Assembly: GCA_040079635.1 (NCBI GenBank) | Contig: JBEBJY010000003.1 | Span: 34,566 to 98,565, forward strand | Length of the DNA: 64,000 nt | Direction: 5' to 3' | Source of the DNA: Burkholderiaceae bacterium | GTDB lineage: Bacteria; Pseudomonadota; Gammaproteobacteria; Burkholderiales; Burkholderiaceae_C | Shown: piece after piece, positions 1 through 9,529 of the stretch | Layout of the letters: every line of letters starts with the position of its first letter | How positions within the stretch are numbered: the stretch's first letter is position 1 | Notes under the pieces: generated by a model | The model's input: the letters and a program-made list of their open reading frames with translations, nothing else | Database searches by the model: none | Told to the model about the DNA's origin: nothing | Translations under genes and position numbers: made by a program

Positions 1-340
1 GCCCTGCCACCTGCACACAGGCCATCGCGGGGAAGTTTTTGCCCATCACCTCGCGGTAGACTTGACCCAGTTCGCGTAGACGGCTGTTGTACTCGACGCG
101 GTCGGTCACGTACCAGGTCATGCGGACCATGTGCTCGGGGCCGGCTTGGGCTTCTTTCAAGATGGCGACGATGTTGCGCAAGGTTTGAGCGGTTTGCAGG
201 ATGAAGTCGTCGGTTTCAAACTGCTGCTGGGCATTCCAGCCGATCTGGCCGCCGACAAAAACCAGCGTGCCACGGGTGGCGATGCCGTTGGCGTAGCCTT
301 TGGGGGCGAGCCAGCCTTCGGGTTGGAGGAGCTTTCTCAT
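1..340 (-). CDS. RidA/YjgF (L-PSP) family protein. The N-terminus is at 340 and the C-terminal end runs off the window.
   Basis: Reverse-strand translation from the ATG at 340 gives MRKLLQPEGWLAPKGYANGIATRGTLVFVGGQIGWN..., which is typical of the RidA fold. It is the last gene of the minus-strand aryl-CoA operon. It is absent from the ORF track because the window edge truncates it. Confidence 0.7.
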   Translation of the reverse strand, partial: MRKLLQPEGWLAPKGYANGIATRGTLVFVGGQIGWNAQQQFETDDFILQTAQTLRNIVAILKEAQAGPEHMVRMTWYVTDRVEYNSRLRELGQVYREVMGKNFPAMACVQVAG

Positions 341-439
341 TGTTTATTCCTCATGATTTATTTTCTCAAGTCTTTGAATTTAATAATTATTTTTATCAAT
401 TTTATATTTAACCAAAACATTAATTAATGATTTGGTTTT

Positions 440-2065
440 TTATGATTGTCGCAACTTGAAACGCTGCAACTTGCCCGTTTCAGTACGCGGCAGTTTGTCG
501 ACAAAACTGACGATACGCGGGTATTTGTAGGGCGCAATGGCGGCTTTGACGTGGTCTTGCAGGGTTTTGACCATGGCGTCGTTGGCGCTCTGGTCTGGTT
601 TCAGCACCACAAAGGCCCGCACCACCATGCCGCGTTCGTCGTCTTTTTGACCGATCACTGCACATTCGGCCACTGCTGGGTGCTTCAACAATGCGTCTTC
701 GACCTCGGGGGCGCCCACGTTGTAGCCGGCGGTGATGATCATGTCGTCGTCCCGCGCCTGGTAGCAAAAATAGCCATCGGCATCTTGAATGAAGGCGTCG
801 CCGGGATAGTTCCAGCCGTTTTTGACGTAGTTGAACTGACGGGCATCGTCAAAATACTTGCAGCCCGTAGGGCCGATGACGGCCAGTTTGCCGACTGTAC
901 CGCGTGGCACTTCCGTGCCCGCTTCGTCCACCACCTTGGCGGTGTAGCCGGGGACAACCTTGCCAATCGCACCGGGTTTGACGTCTTTGCCGGCGGCGGA
1001 GATGAAGATATGGAACATCTCGGTCGCACCTATGCCGTCCAACATTTCCAGACCCGTGGCTTGCTTCCAGAGCTGTCGGGTCGCGTCGGGCAAGGCCTCG
1101 CCGGCGCTGACCGTGATACGTAGCTTGGGCAAGCCGATGGCTTTGGCAAACGGCGCCATCTGGCGGTAAAACGTGGGGGCGGTGTAGCAGATGGTGGCAC
1201 CGACCTCGTTCATGAAGTTGACCATGACCTCGGGCGTGTAGGCCGCGTCGGGGAAGTACACCGAAGCACCTGCCCACATCGGGAAGATCAGCAAACCGCC
1301 CAGGCCAAAGGTGAAGGCCAGCGGCGGCGAGCCGACAACGATATCGTCCGGCGTGGCTTGCAGCACATGGCGCGGCCAGGCTTCGCAGGCGGCAAGAATA
1401 TCGCGGTGGGTGTGGACGGCGGCTTTGGGTTTGCCGGTCGTCCCAGAGGTAAAAGCCATCAGCGCAATATCGGTGGCCAGCGTCGGGCAAGCAGTGAAAT
1501 GGCCGTCTTTTTGCGACGACAGCGTGGCCAGCCCCAGCGGATGCACCATGACGTTGAAGGGCAGGATGGTTGTGAGCACTGAATGCTGCGTTTGGGCGAT
1601 TTCCAGCTCTTCCAAAAGCTTGATGTCGCACAACGCCAGCGTGGGTTGGGCTTTTTCGATGATGTCGCCCAGCTCGCTGGCGCGCAGCAGCGGCATGGTG
1701 GCGACCGCTATCAAACCCGCTTTGACAACCGCCAGCCAGGCCAGCGCCATGCCGACCGAGTTGCCGCCACGCAGCAGCACGCGGTTGCCGGGGACCAGAC
1801 CGTAATCTTCCGTCAGCACCTGGGCGATGCGGTTCACCCGATCGCTCACGTCGTGGTACGTCAGGGTGATGCGCGGGCTGCGTAAGAGCGGGCGGTCAGA
1901 AAAGCCTTTGATGCTGGCTTTGTCGAGCAGCTCGGTCACCAGATTGAGCTGCGGTTGCAGGATTTCATCCAGAACCGCTGGCGGGAAGTCGTACATCTGC
2001 TGCGGCCACTGCTCCACGGGGGGCAGGTGATCGCGGATGAAACTGTCTAACTGGGCGGAGTTCAT
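440..2065 (-). CDS. Aryl-CoA ligase (AMP-binding; 2-aminobenzoate/benzoate-CoA ligase family)
   Basis: 541 aa with the AMP-binding motifs TSGTTGKPK and GYNVG..EVE. It lies in a cluster with the fused monooxygenase/reductase, an ACAD and a crotonase. Confidence 0.75.
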   Translation of the reverse strand: MNSAQLDSFIRDHLPPVEQWPQQMYDFPPAVLDEILQPQLNLVTELLDKASIKGFSDRPLLRSPRITLTYHDVSDRVNRIAQVLTEDYGLVPGNRVLLRGGNSVGMALAWLAVVKAGLIAVATMPLLRASELGDIIEKAQPTLALCDIKLLEELEIAQTQHSVLTTILPFNVMVHPLGLATLSSQKDGHFTACPTLATDIALMAFTSGTTGKPKAAVHTHRDILAACEAWPRHVLQATPDDIVVGSPPLAFTFGLGGLLIFPMWAGASVYFPDAAYTPEVMVNFMNEVGATICYTAPTFYRQMAPFAKAIGLPKLRITVSAGEALPDATRQLWKQATGLEMLDGIGATEMFHIFISAAGKDVKPGAIGKVVPGYTAKVVDEAGTEVPRGTVGKLAVIGPTGCKYFDDARQFNYVKNGWNYPGDAFIQDADGYFCYQARDDDMIITAGYNVGAPEVEDALLKHPAVAECAVIGQKDDERGMVVRAFVVLKPDQSANDAMVKTLQDHVKAAIAPYKYPRIVSFVDKLPRTETGKLQRFKLRQS

Positions 2066-2103
2066 AGCTGAGTTTCTCCTAAATCATTGAATAAACCAAA
2101 CCA

Positions 2104-2169
2104 CGTCATTCCCGCGAAGGCGGGAATCCACACACGCCACCGTGGATTCCCGCCTTCGCGGGAATGACG
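2104..2169. repeat. Perfect 28-bp inverted repeat with a 10-nt spacer. Each arm also contains its own palindrome, ATTCCCGC-GAAG-GCGGGAAT.
   Basis: Left arm cgtcattcccgcgaaggcgggaatccac (2104-2131) and right arm gtggattcccgccttcgcgggaatgacg (2142-2169). It lies between the ACAD stop and the CoA-ligase start. Confidence 0.9.
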
Positions 2170-2177
2170 ATCTATTT

Positions 2178-3434
2178 TTAAATGACGACATCTTTAAGCA
2201 CCGATTTACCAATGATGAGCTGCTGGACCTCGGTCGCGCCTTCGTAGATGCGCAGGGAGCGGATGTCGCGGTACAGATGCTCGACCATGCTGCCGACCTG
2301 AACCCCCTGCCCGCCGTGCATTTGCAGGGCCATGTCGATGACTTTTTGTGCGTTTTCGGTGGCGACCAGCTTGGCCATGGCGGAGGCGCGGCTGTAGTTT
2401 GCGGCGGTTTGTGGGGTAGCCGTACCCAGTTTGTCGCGCATCCAAGCGGCGCGGTAGGTCAACAGCGCGGCGCTGTCGATCAAGGCGGCCATGTCACCAA
2501 ACTTGGCCTGCGTCAGCTGCATGTCCGCCAAGGTGCCGCCAAACATGCGGCGGGTTTTGGCGAAGCGAAGCGCTTCGGCCATCGCGCGGCGGGCCATGCC
2601 CAAAGCGGCGGCGGCGACGGAGGCGCGAAAAATGTCCAAAGTCCGCATCGCCAGCTTGAAGCCTTTGCCCTCTTCGCCCAGCAATGCGCTGGCAGGAACG
2701 TTGCAATCGTTAAACCGCAGCGTCGCCAGCGGGTGTGGGGCCATGACGTTGATGTGTTCGGATGTGTCCAAACCGGGCGAGAGCGCATCGACAATGAAGG
2801 CGCTGATGCCACGAACGCCGCCCTCGGGGTCGGTTTTGGCAAACGTTACGTAAAAATCGGCCAAACCGCCATTGCTGATCCAGGTTTTGACACCGCTGAG
2901 GAAATACATGTCAAATGGACCGCCATTTTGAGACATAGCCGGCGTTTTATATACATTAGATGCTATTGTTTTCATAGCTGCCACGTCTGATCCGGCATCC
3001 GGCTCGCTCAAGGCAAACGCGGCGATTTTCTCGCCCCGCGCCACCGCAGGCAGGTAAGCCGCTTGCTGCGCAGGTGTACCCGCCAGGGTGATGGCGCCAC
3101 TGCCCAAACCCTGCATGGCAAAGGCAAAGTCGGCCAGAGGAGAATGAAAAGCCAGCGTTTCACGCAAAATCACCAGCGCGCGAGAATCGAGTTGCGGCAG
3201 CGCGCCACCGTGCGCTGCGGGAACGCAGTAGCGCAGCCAACCGCCCTGCCCCAGGCGTTTCACCCAGTCTTTGCAGGCGCGGCGGTCGTCGGATTCGTCA
3301 ACCTGCTGCTGCGGTGCCCAGTCGGCCAAACCCCGCGCCAGATCGGCATGAGCAGCGTCGAAGAATGGCAGGTCGTACTGCGATGTCGTGCAAAAGACAT
3401 CAGGTTTAACGCTGGATTTGTTCAGTGCAGTCAT
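2178..3434 (-). CDS. Acyl-CoA dehydrogenase family protein
   Basis: 418 aa with SEPDAGSD...TWISNG and C-terminal ...YEGATEVQ motifs typical of ACADs. Its ATG directly abuts the upstream crotonase stop (TGA-ATG). Confidence 0.85.
   Translation of the reverse strand: MTALNKSSVKPDVFCTTSQYDLPFFDAAHADLARGLADWAPQQQVDESDDRRACKDWVKRLGQGGWLRYCVPAAHGGALPQLDSRALVILRETLAFHSPLADFAFAMQGLGSGAITLAGTPAQQAAYLPAVARGEKIAAFALSEPDAGSDVAAMKTIASNVYKTPAMSQNGGPFDMYFLSGVKTWISNGGLADFYVTFAKTDPEGGVRGISAFIVDALSPGLDTSEHINVMAPHPLATLRFNDCNVPASALLGEEGKGFKLAMRTLDIFRASVAAAALGMARRAMAEALRFAKTRRMFGGTLADMQLTQAKFGDMAALIDSAALLTYRAAWMRDKLGTATPQTAANYSRASAMAKLVATENAQKVIDMALQMHGGQGVQVGSMVEHLYRDIRSLRIYEGATEVQQLIIGKSVLKDVVI
2934..2982 (-). 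repeat. Dispersed 50-bp element, diverged copy, in frame inside the ACAD gene
   Basis: catagccggcgttttatatacattagatgctattgttttcatagctgcc, translated as [17 protein letters not shown]. This appears to be an extra loop after the conserved SDVAAMKT segment. Confidence 0.65.
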
Positions 3435-4304
3435 TCAATCACCTCCAAACACAGGCGTTTGCTTGGTCGAAAAGGCCTCAAACGCGCGTTTGAAGTCCTG
3501 CGTCTGCATGCAGATGGCCTGCGCCTGGGCTTCGGCTTCGACGGCTTGCTCGATGGTCATCGCCCACTCTTGCTGCAGCATGGTTTTGGTCATGCTGTGG
3601 GCAAAAGTCGGACCCATCGCCAGGTCTTTGGCCATGACTTGCGCCTTGGCAAGCAAATCTGCCGATTCACACAATCCGTTGAAAAAGCCCCAAGCCAACC
3701 CCTCTTGCGCCGTCATAGCGCGGCCGGTGAACAGCAATTCAGAGGCTCGGCCCTGCCCGATGACGCGGGGTAAGAGCGCACAAGCGCCCATGTCTGCCCC
3801 AGCCAGTCCGACGCGTGTGAACAAAAACGCGGTTTTGGTTTTTTCGGTACCATAGCGCATGTCACAGGCCAGCGCCATCATCGCGCCCGCGCCGGCACAG
3901 ATGCCGTCTATCGCGCCGATGATGGGTTGCGGGCAGTTGCGCATGGTTTTGATCAGATCGCCGGTCATGCGGGTAAATTCCAGCATCTCGGGCATGATCA
4001 TTTTGGTCAGTGGGCCGATGATCTCAAACACGTCGCCGCCACTACAAAAGTTGCCGCCTGCGCCGGTGACGACGATGGTTTTGACGTCTGTGGCGTACTG
4101 CAAGTTGCGAAACAGGTCGCGCAGCTCGGCGTAGGAGTCAAAGGTTAGCGGGTTTTTGCGCTCTGGGCGGTTCAGGGTGATGGTGCCTACGCCGCCCTTT
4201 TCATCGACTTGTTCGTAGCTCCACGCGAAATGGGTGGCGGTATAGCCGGCTTTGGCGTTGAATTGCTGGCGCATCGGGTTGGTTTGGCTGACAAAATGCT
4301 TCAT
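3435..4304 (-). CDS. Enoyl-CoA hydratase/isomerase (crotonase) family protein
   Basis: 289 aa with crotonase-fold motifs ([33 protein letters not shown]). It overlaps marR by ATGA. Confidence 0.85.
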   Translation of the reverse strand: MKHFVSQTNPMRQQFNAKAGYTATHFAWSYEQVDEKGGVGTITLNRPERKNPLTFDSYAELRDLFRNLQYATDVKTIVVTGAGGNFCSGGDVFEIIGPLTKMIMPEMLEFTRMTGDLIKTMRNCPQPIIGAIDGICAGAGAMMALACDMRYGTEKTKTAFLFTRVGLAGADMGACALLPRVIGQGRASELLFTGRAMTAQEGLAWGFFNGLCESADLLAKAQVMAKDLAMGPTFAHSMTKTMLQQEWAMTIEQAVEAEAQAQAICMQTQDFKRAFEAFSTKQTPVFGGD

Positions 4305-4792
4305 GAGGCGTCTTTCAAAGAATGTTGTTTCACGTTGCCCAGCAGCTTGTACAGCGTGGCGATTTCAGTGTCTTTCAGGGTGGCGAAGGCCTCCACAATC
4401 CACAACTCATGCTGATGCGCCATCTCGGCAAACAACGCGCGGCCTTTGGCGGTGAGCCGCACACGGAAGGCACGGCGGTCGCCGTCCACGGTGATGCGCT
4501 CGACCAGACCCTCGGTCACGAGCTGGTCGGTGATGCCGGTGATGTTGCCGCTGGTGACCATCATGCGGCGGCTCAGTTCGTTCATTTTCAGGCCGTCGGG
4601 CGAGCGCTCCAGTTGCGACAAAAGGTCAAACCGTGGCAAGGTGGTGTCAAACTGGACACGCAATTCCGTGCGGATACGCTTTTCAATCAACTGCGTGCAG
4701 GTCAGCATGCGCAGCCACAGACGCAGCTCTTGCGGATGCTCACTGTGAGCGGTGCCGTGCAGTCTGGCTTCTAAATCTAAGTTATTGCTCAT
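4301..4792 (-). CDS. MarR-family transcriptional regulator embedded in the catabolic operon
   Basis: 163 aa with a winged-helix MarR pattern ([48 protein letters not shown]). Confidence 0.85.
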   Translation of the reverse strand: MSNNLDLEARLHGTAHSEHPQELRLWLRMLTCTQLIEKRIRTELRVQFDTTLPRFDLLSQLERSPDGLKMNELSRRMMVTSGNITGITDQLVTEGLVERITVDGDRRAFRVRLTAKGRALFAEMAHQHELWIVEAFATLKDTEIATLYKLLGNVKQHSLKDAS

Positions 4793-4794
4793 TT

Positions 4795-7170
4795 TTACTC
4801 CTCATTTACTATCTTTTTCATAGCTGATGAGGCAACAAATACGGCGGCTACACCCGTATTTGGCACTGTATTTTGCTTCGCCAGCTCGCGGTAGAGCTGA
4901 TCGCGACCGCTCAGATATTGTTTCGGCCAATCGACCTGTTTTTGCAGCTTGGCAGCTTCATGCAGCGTCCAGGCCGGGTCGGCCAGGTGTGGTCGGGCAA
5001 TGGCGCAGAGGTCGGCCCGACCGGCGGCTATGATGCTGTTGACCTGGTCCGCCTCGGTGATCGCGCCCACGGCGATGGTGCGGATGCCCACTTCGTTGCG
5101 GATGCGGTCGGCAAATGGGGTTTGGTACATGCGGCCGTAGATGGGTTTGGCGGTGCGGGTGGTTTGGCCGGAGGACACGTCGATCATGTCGCAGCCAGCG
5201 GCTTTGAAGAGCTTGGCAATCGCCACGGCATCGTCCGCCGTATTGCCACCCTCGGCCCAGTCGTGCGCGGACAGGCGCACACTCATCGGCAAATGTGCGG
5301 GCCAGACGGCGCGGACGGCGGCGAAGACTTCCAGCGGGTAGCGGCAGCGGTTTTCCAGCGAGCCGCCGTAGTCGTCCGTTCGTACATTGGTCAACGGCGA
5401 CAAGAAGCTGGCGAGCAAATAACCGTGGGCGCAGTGCAGTTCCAGCCAGTCAAAGCCGGCGTCTATGGCACGCTGGGTGGATGCGACAAACTGCTGTTTC
5501 AGCACGTCCATATCGGCACGGCTTATGGCGGCGGGTGTTTGGTTTTGCTCACCGTAAGCCACCGCGCTGGCCGACAGCAGTGGCCAATTGCCAGCCGCCA
5601 AGGGCTCATCCGTCACCTCCCAACCCAGCTGGGTGGAGCCTTTGGCACCGCTGTGGCCGAGCTGCAGGCCGATTTTGGCGCTGCTTTGGCTGTGCACAAA
5701 ATCGGTGATGCGCTTCAAAGCCAGCGTTTGCACATCGTTCCACAAACCGGTGCAGCCGGGGGTGATGCGGCCTTCAGGCGTCGGGCTGGTCATTTCCACC
5801 ATTACCAAAGCCGCGCCGCCTAAGGCTCTAGCGCCCAAATGCACCAAGTGAAAATCTTGCGGTACGCCGTCTACCGCGCTGTAGGTCGCCATGGGGGAGA
5901 CGATGACGCGATTTTTGAGGATGATGTCGCGTACTTTGAAGGGCAGCAGCATCGGCGGCAAACCGCAAGCATCTTGGTTTCCACCTGCCAGCCAGTTTTC
6001 ATAGTCGCCTAGCCAGCTTGCATCGCGCAGGCGCAGGTTTTCGTGGCTGATGCGCTGGGAACGGGTCATGAGCGAGTAGGCAAACTGCTCAATCTCCATG
6101 CCGCTGTAGCGCTGCACGTTTTCAAACCACTCGGTTGAGTTGCGGGCGGCGTTCTGGATTTTCAGCACTTCCACGCTGCGCCGGGCTTCATAGGCTTCTA
6201 GCACCTGGGTCATGTCGTGGCCCATCGCGGTTGCTATGGCAAATTCGTTCGCCAAGTCAATCGCGTCTTCCAAAGCCAATTTGGTGCCGCTGCCAATGGA
6301 GAAGTGCGCGGTATGCGCGGCATCACCCATCAAAACGATGGGGACATTTTTGCCGTTTATCTCCACTTCATGCACCCATTTCTTGCAAATAACGCGCGGA
6401 AAACGAATCCAGATCGCCGAGCCGCGCAGGTGTGAGGCATTGCTAATAAGAGGATTGCTATCGAGCTGCTTGGCAAACAGGCGTTCGCAAAAGGCAATCG
6501 CCTCGCTTTGTTCCATTTTGTCCAAACCATGCGCCTGCCAGACTCCTTCAGGCGTTTCGACAATGAAAGTCGCCATCTCTTTGTCAAACTGGTAGGCATG
6601 GGCGGCAAACCAGCCGTGTTCGGTCTGCTCAAAAGCAAAGGTGAATGCGTCGAACTTTTTGCGCGTCCCCAGCCAGACAAAGCGGCATTGCCGCGTGTCT
6701 ATATCGGGCTGGTACACGTCGGCATAGCGGGTGCGGATGCGGCTGTTCAGGCCATCGCAGGCAATCACCAAGTCTGCGTTGTATTGGGCGGCGATGGCTT
6801 GGTCGTCTTGCACGTCCGTCTCAAACACCAGGTTCACGCTCAGCTCCAGGCAACGATCCTGCAGGATATTAAGCAATTTTTTCCGCCCGATACCGCAAAA
6901 CCCATGCCCGGTGGAGCGGACGCTACGGTCTTTGAAGAAGACTTCCACGTCGTCCCAATGGTTGAAAGCGTCGCCAATCAGCTGTGCGCTGGGCGCGTCT
7001 GCTGCTTGCAGGTTTGCCAGCGTTTGGTCAGACAACACCACGCCCCAGCCAAAGGTGTCAAACGGGCGATTGCGTTCCACCACAGTGATGACGTTGGCAG
7101 GGTTTTGCTGCTTCATGAGCAGTGCAAAGTAAAGACCGGCGGGGCCACCGCCTAAGCAGAGTATATTCAT
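4795..7170 (-). CDS. Fused FAD-monooxygenase / Old-Yellow-Enzyme reductase (2-aminobenzoyl-CoA monooxygenase/reductase or salicylyl-CoA 5-hydroxylase-like)
   Basis: The N-terminal half has GGGPAGLYFA and MGDAAH FAD-monooxygenase motifs. The C-terminal half is OYE-like (VSPMATY, HCAHGYLLASFLSP). I chose the start at MNILCLGGGPAG (7170); the ORF track extends to 7206. Confidence 0.8.
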   Translation of the reverse strand: MNILCLGGGPAGLYFALLMKQQNPANVITVVERNRPFDTFGWGVVLSDQTLANLQAADAPSAQLIGDAFNHWDDVEVFFKDRSVRSTGHGFCGIGRKKLLNILQDRCLELSVNLVFETDVQDDQAIAAQYNADLVIACDGLNSRIRTRYADVYQPDIDTRQCRFVWLGTRKKFDAFTFAFEQTEHGWFAAHAYQFDKEMATFIVETPEGVWQAHGLDKMEQSEAIAFCERLFAKQLDSNPLISNASHLRGSAIWIRFPRVICKKWVHEVEINGKNVPIVLMGDAAHTAHFSIGSGTKLALEDAIDLANEFAIATAMGHDMTQVLEAYEARRSVEVLKIQNAARNSTEWFENVQRYSGMEIEQFAYSLMTRSQRISHENLRLRDASWLGDYENWLAGGNQDACGLPPMLLPFKVRDIILKNRVIVSPMATYSAVDGVPQDFHLVHLGARALGGAALVMVEMTSPTPEGRITPGCTGLWNDVQTLALKRITDFVHSQSSAKIGLQLGHSGAKGSTQLGWEVTDEPLAAGNWPLLSASAVAYGEQNQTPAAISRADMDVLKQQFVASTQRAIDAGFDWLELHCAHGYLLASFLSPLTNVRTDDYGGSLENRCRYPLEVFAAVRAVWPAHLPMSVRLSAHDWAEGGNTADDAVAIAKLFKAAGCDMIDVSSGQTTRTAKPIYGRMYQTPFADRIRNEVGIRTIAVGAITEADQVNSIIAAGRADLCAIARPHLADPAWTLHEAAKLQKQVDWPKQYLSGRDQLYRELAKQNTVPNTGVAAVFVASSAMKKIVNEE
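4805..4855 (+). repeat. Dispersed 50-bp element forming the 3' end of the monooxygenase/reductase ORF
   Basis: tttactatctttttcatagctgatgaggcaacaaatacggcggctacaccc. It is read on the minus strand as GVAAVFVASSAMKKIV, followed by the stop 2 nt before the marR ATG. Confidence 0.85.
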
Positions 7171-7390
7171 GCCTAAATAGTTTAGACTTAAAATATATTT
7201 TGTCAATCGGGTATTTCTGTATTTATTTTTTGTTAAAAGTACTTAGGATTCTTAATGCGTGAACAAAATTGCATTCATGAAAAACCATCAGCCTAGGGTT
7301 TATCCTAGGAAAAAAAATGCCTGATACGTTTAACATACATGCACAATAATTCACATTTCAGCCATTTACATTCATTCATCAGGAGACTCC

Positions 7391-8590
7391 ATGACATCTA
7401 GCTCAACTTCTCGTCGCCAAGTTTTATCTCGCAGCGCTGCATTGATTGGCGCCGCTTCCACGGGTTTACTTGTTACTGAGCAAGCCCAAGCGCAAACAGG
7501 CAAATTGCGCATCGGTTTAATGCTGCCTTACACCGGCACGTTTGCACAGCTGGGCGTGGCGATTGAAAATGGTTTCCGCCTGGCTATCAACGAGCAAGGC
7601 GGCAAATTGGGTGGCCGTGAGATTGAGTTTTTCAAAGTGGACGATGAGTCCGAGCCATCCAAAGGCATTGAAAACGCCAATAAACTGGTGCAGCGCGACA
7701 AAGTGGACGTGCTGGTTGGTACCGTGCACTCTGGCGTGCAAATGGGTATCCACAAAGTGGCGCGTGACAGCGGTGTGTTGAGCTTGATTCCTAATGCAGG
7801 CGTACATGCGGCAACGCGTTCGCAATGCGCACCCAACGTGTTTCGCACCTCGTTCAGCAATTCACAACCAACGCGAGCCCTAGGTCAGGCGATGATCGCC
7901 AAAGGGCATAAAAAAGCGGTATGGATCACCTGGAAATACGCTGCGGGTGACGAGGCTTTTGAGGGCTTTAAAGAAAGCTATACAGCAGCTGGCGGCACGA
8001 TTGTGAAAGAACTTGGTTTACCTTTCCCTAACGTTGAATTTCAAGCGCTGTTGACTGAAATTGCTGCATTGAAACCTGACGCTGTGGCATGCTTCTTCGC
8101 GGGCGGAGGTGCGGCTAAATTCATGAAAGATTACGCGGCAGCTGGCTTGCAGGGCAAGATCCCGCTCTACGGCTCAGGCTTTTTAACGGAAGGCGTGTTG
8201 GACGCTGCAGGGCCAGCAGCCAATGGCGTGATGACGACATTGCATTACAGCGATTCACTCGACACGCCACGCAACAAAGAGTTCCGCCTAAATTACGCTA
8301 AAACATTCAAGTTGCAGCCAGATGTTTACGCTGTTCAAGGGTATGACACAGGCTTGCTTCTGATTCAAGGCATGAACGCCGTCAAAGGCGATGTGACAAA
8401 AAAAGTGGAGCTGTACAAAGCGATGGAATCTGCCACCATCAACAGCCCACGCGGCAAGTGGACCATGAGCAAAGCGCACAACCCAGTGCAAGATATCTAC
8501 TTGCGCGTTGTAGAGAATAAGGAAAACAAAGTCTTGGGCGTTGCGGCTAAAGCGCTGTCAGACTCTGGCGCAGGCTGCAAGATTTCTTAA
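7391..8590 (+). CDS. ABC transporter substrate-binding protein (LivK / Peripla_BP_6 type) with a Tat-like signal
   Basis: 399 aa. The N-terminus has SRRQVLSRSAALIGAAS...AQAQ (twin-arginine signal). The overall pattern is that of a branched-chain amino acid / aromatic acid binding protein. Confidence 0.85.
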   Translation: MTSSSTSRRQVLSRSAALIGAASTGLLVTEQAQAQTGKLRIGLMLPYTGTFAQLGVAIENGFRLAINEQGGKLGGREIEFFKVDDESEPSKGIENANKLVQRDKVDVLVGTVHSGVQMGIHKVARDSGVLSLIPNAGVHAATRSQCAPNVFRTSFSNSQPTRALGQAMIAKGHKKAVWITWKYAAGDEAFEGFKESYTAAGGTIVKELGLPFPNVEFQALLTEIAALKPDAVACFFAGGGAAKFMKDYAAAGLQGKIPLYGSGFLTEGVLDAAGPAANGVMTTLHYSDSLDTPRNKEFRLNYAKTFKLQPDVYAVQGYDTGLLLIQGMNAVKGDVTKKVELYKAMESATINSPRGKWTMSKAHNPVQDIYLRVVENKENKVLGVAAKALSDSGAGCKIS

Positions 8591-8613
8591 ACTAGCTTTT
8601 ATAGTTCTGCTCA

Positions 8614-8641
8614 AAATAGGGAGTTTTTCTCCCTATTTTTC
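8614..8641 (+). terminator. Intra-operon hairpin plus T-tract (attenuator/terminator after the binding-protein gene)
   Basis: aaatagggag-ttttt-ctccctattt followed by T residues, about 25 nt after the stop codon. Confidence 0.5.
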
Positions 8642-8665
8642 TAATTTCATGCAAATAACGGATTC

Positions 8666-9529
8666 ATGGACTTTCCAACTTTCCTCATACAACTGCTGAA
8701 CAGCGTGCAATACGGTTTGCTGCTGTTCATGCTGGCAGCTGGACTAACGCTGATTTTCGGCATCATGGGCGTGGTCAACCTGGCACATGGCAGCTTTTAT
8801 ATGCTGGGCGCGTATTTGGCTTATTGGCTAAGTACGTTGCTTGGAAGTTTGACGCTAGCCATCATCGTCGGTATAGCGCTTGCAGTACTGTTTGGTTTGG
8901 CGCTGGAATGGCTGCTGTTCAGGCATTTTTATGAGCGTGACCATTTGGACCAAGTGCTGCTCACCTATGGACTGATCTATATTTTTGAAGAACTGCGTTC
9001 CATACTGTGGGGCGACGATGTGCATGGCGTCACCATACCTGAAGCGTTAAGTGCGTCTATCCCGTTGACGGATAACCTTTCATACCCTGTTTATCGACTT
9101 TTCATGTCTGCAGTTTGCATCGCTTTGGCATTGGGTTTGTATTGGCTCATTGCTAAAACACGTTTGGGTATGAAAATTCGTGCGGGTGCTTTTAATCGCG
9201 ACATGACCGAGGCGCTGGGCATCAATATCAAACTGATCCATGCCGTGGTATTTGCCTTGGGTGTGGGTTTGGCCGCGGTGGCGGGGATGATTGCATCACC
9301 TATCTCTAGCGTGTATCCCAACATGGGCTCGCAAGTTCTCATCATGTGCTTTGTGGTTGTGGTTATTGGTGGTATTGGTTCGGTCCGGGGCGCGCTGATT
9401 TCAGCTTTGTTGGTCGGCTTGGTCGATACCTTCGGCAAGGTTTTACTGCCTTCTGTGTCTGGCATGTTGGTCTACATGCTGATGGCTGCCGTGTTGCTGT
9501 GGAAACCTGAAGGATTATTCAAAGCATGA
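8666..9529 (+). CDS. Branched-chain amino acid ABC transporter permease (LivH-like)
   Basis: 287 aa, polytopic and hydrophobic, LivH-type. It overlaps the next gene by ATGA. Confidence 0.85.
   Translation: MDFPTFLIQLLNSVQYGLLLFMLAAGLTLIFGIMGVVNLAHGSFYMLGAYLAYWLSTLLGSLTLAIIVGIALAVLFGLALEWLLFRHFYERDHLDQVLLTYGLIYIFEELRSILWGDDVHGVTIPEALSASIPLTDNLSYPVYRLFMSAVCIALALGLYWLIAKTRLGMKIRAGAFNRDMTEALGINIKLIHAVVFALGVGLAAVAGMIASPISSVYPNMGSQVLIMCFVVVVIGGIGSVRGALISALLVGLVDTFGKVLLPSVSGMLVYMLMAAVLLWKPEGLFKA

Noticed and set aside
2142-2990. Long antisense ORFs opposite real genes, e.g. 2142..2990, 4873..5823, 6508..7155, 30649..31104, 33016..33825, 37019..37714 and 42335..42886.
   Set aside because: They lie fully inside well-supported genes on the other strand. 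Their composition is Arg/Gly/Ala/His-rich with no motifs, as expected for shadow frames in GC-rich coding DNA.
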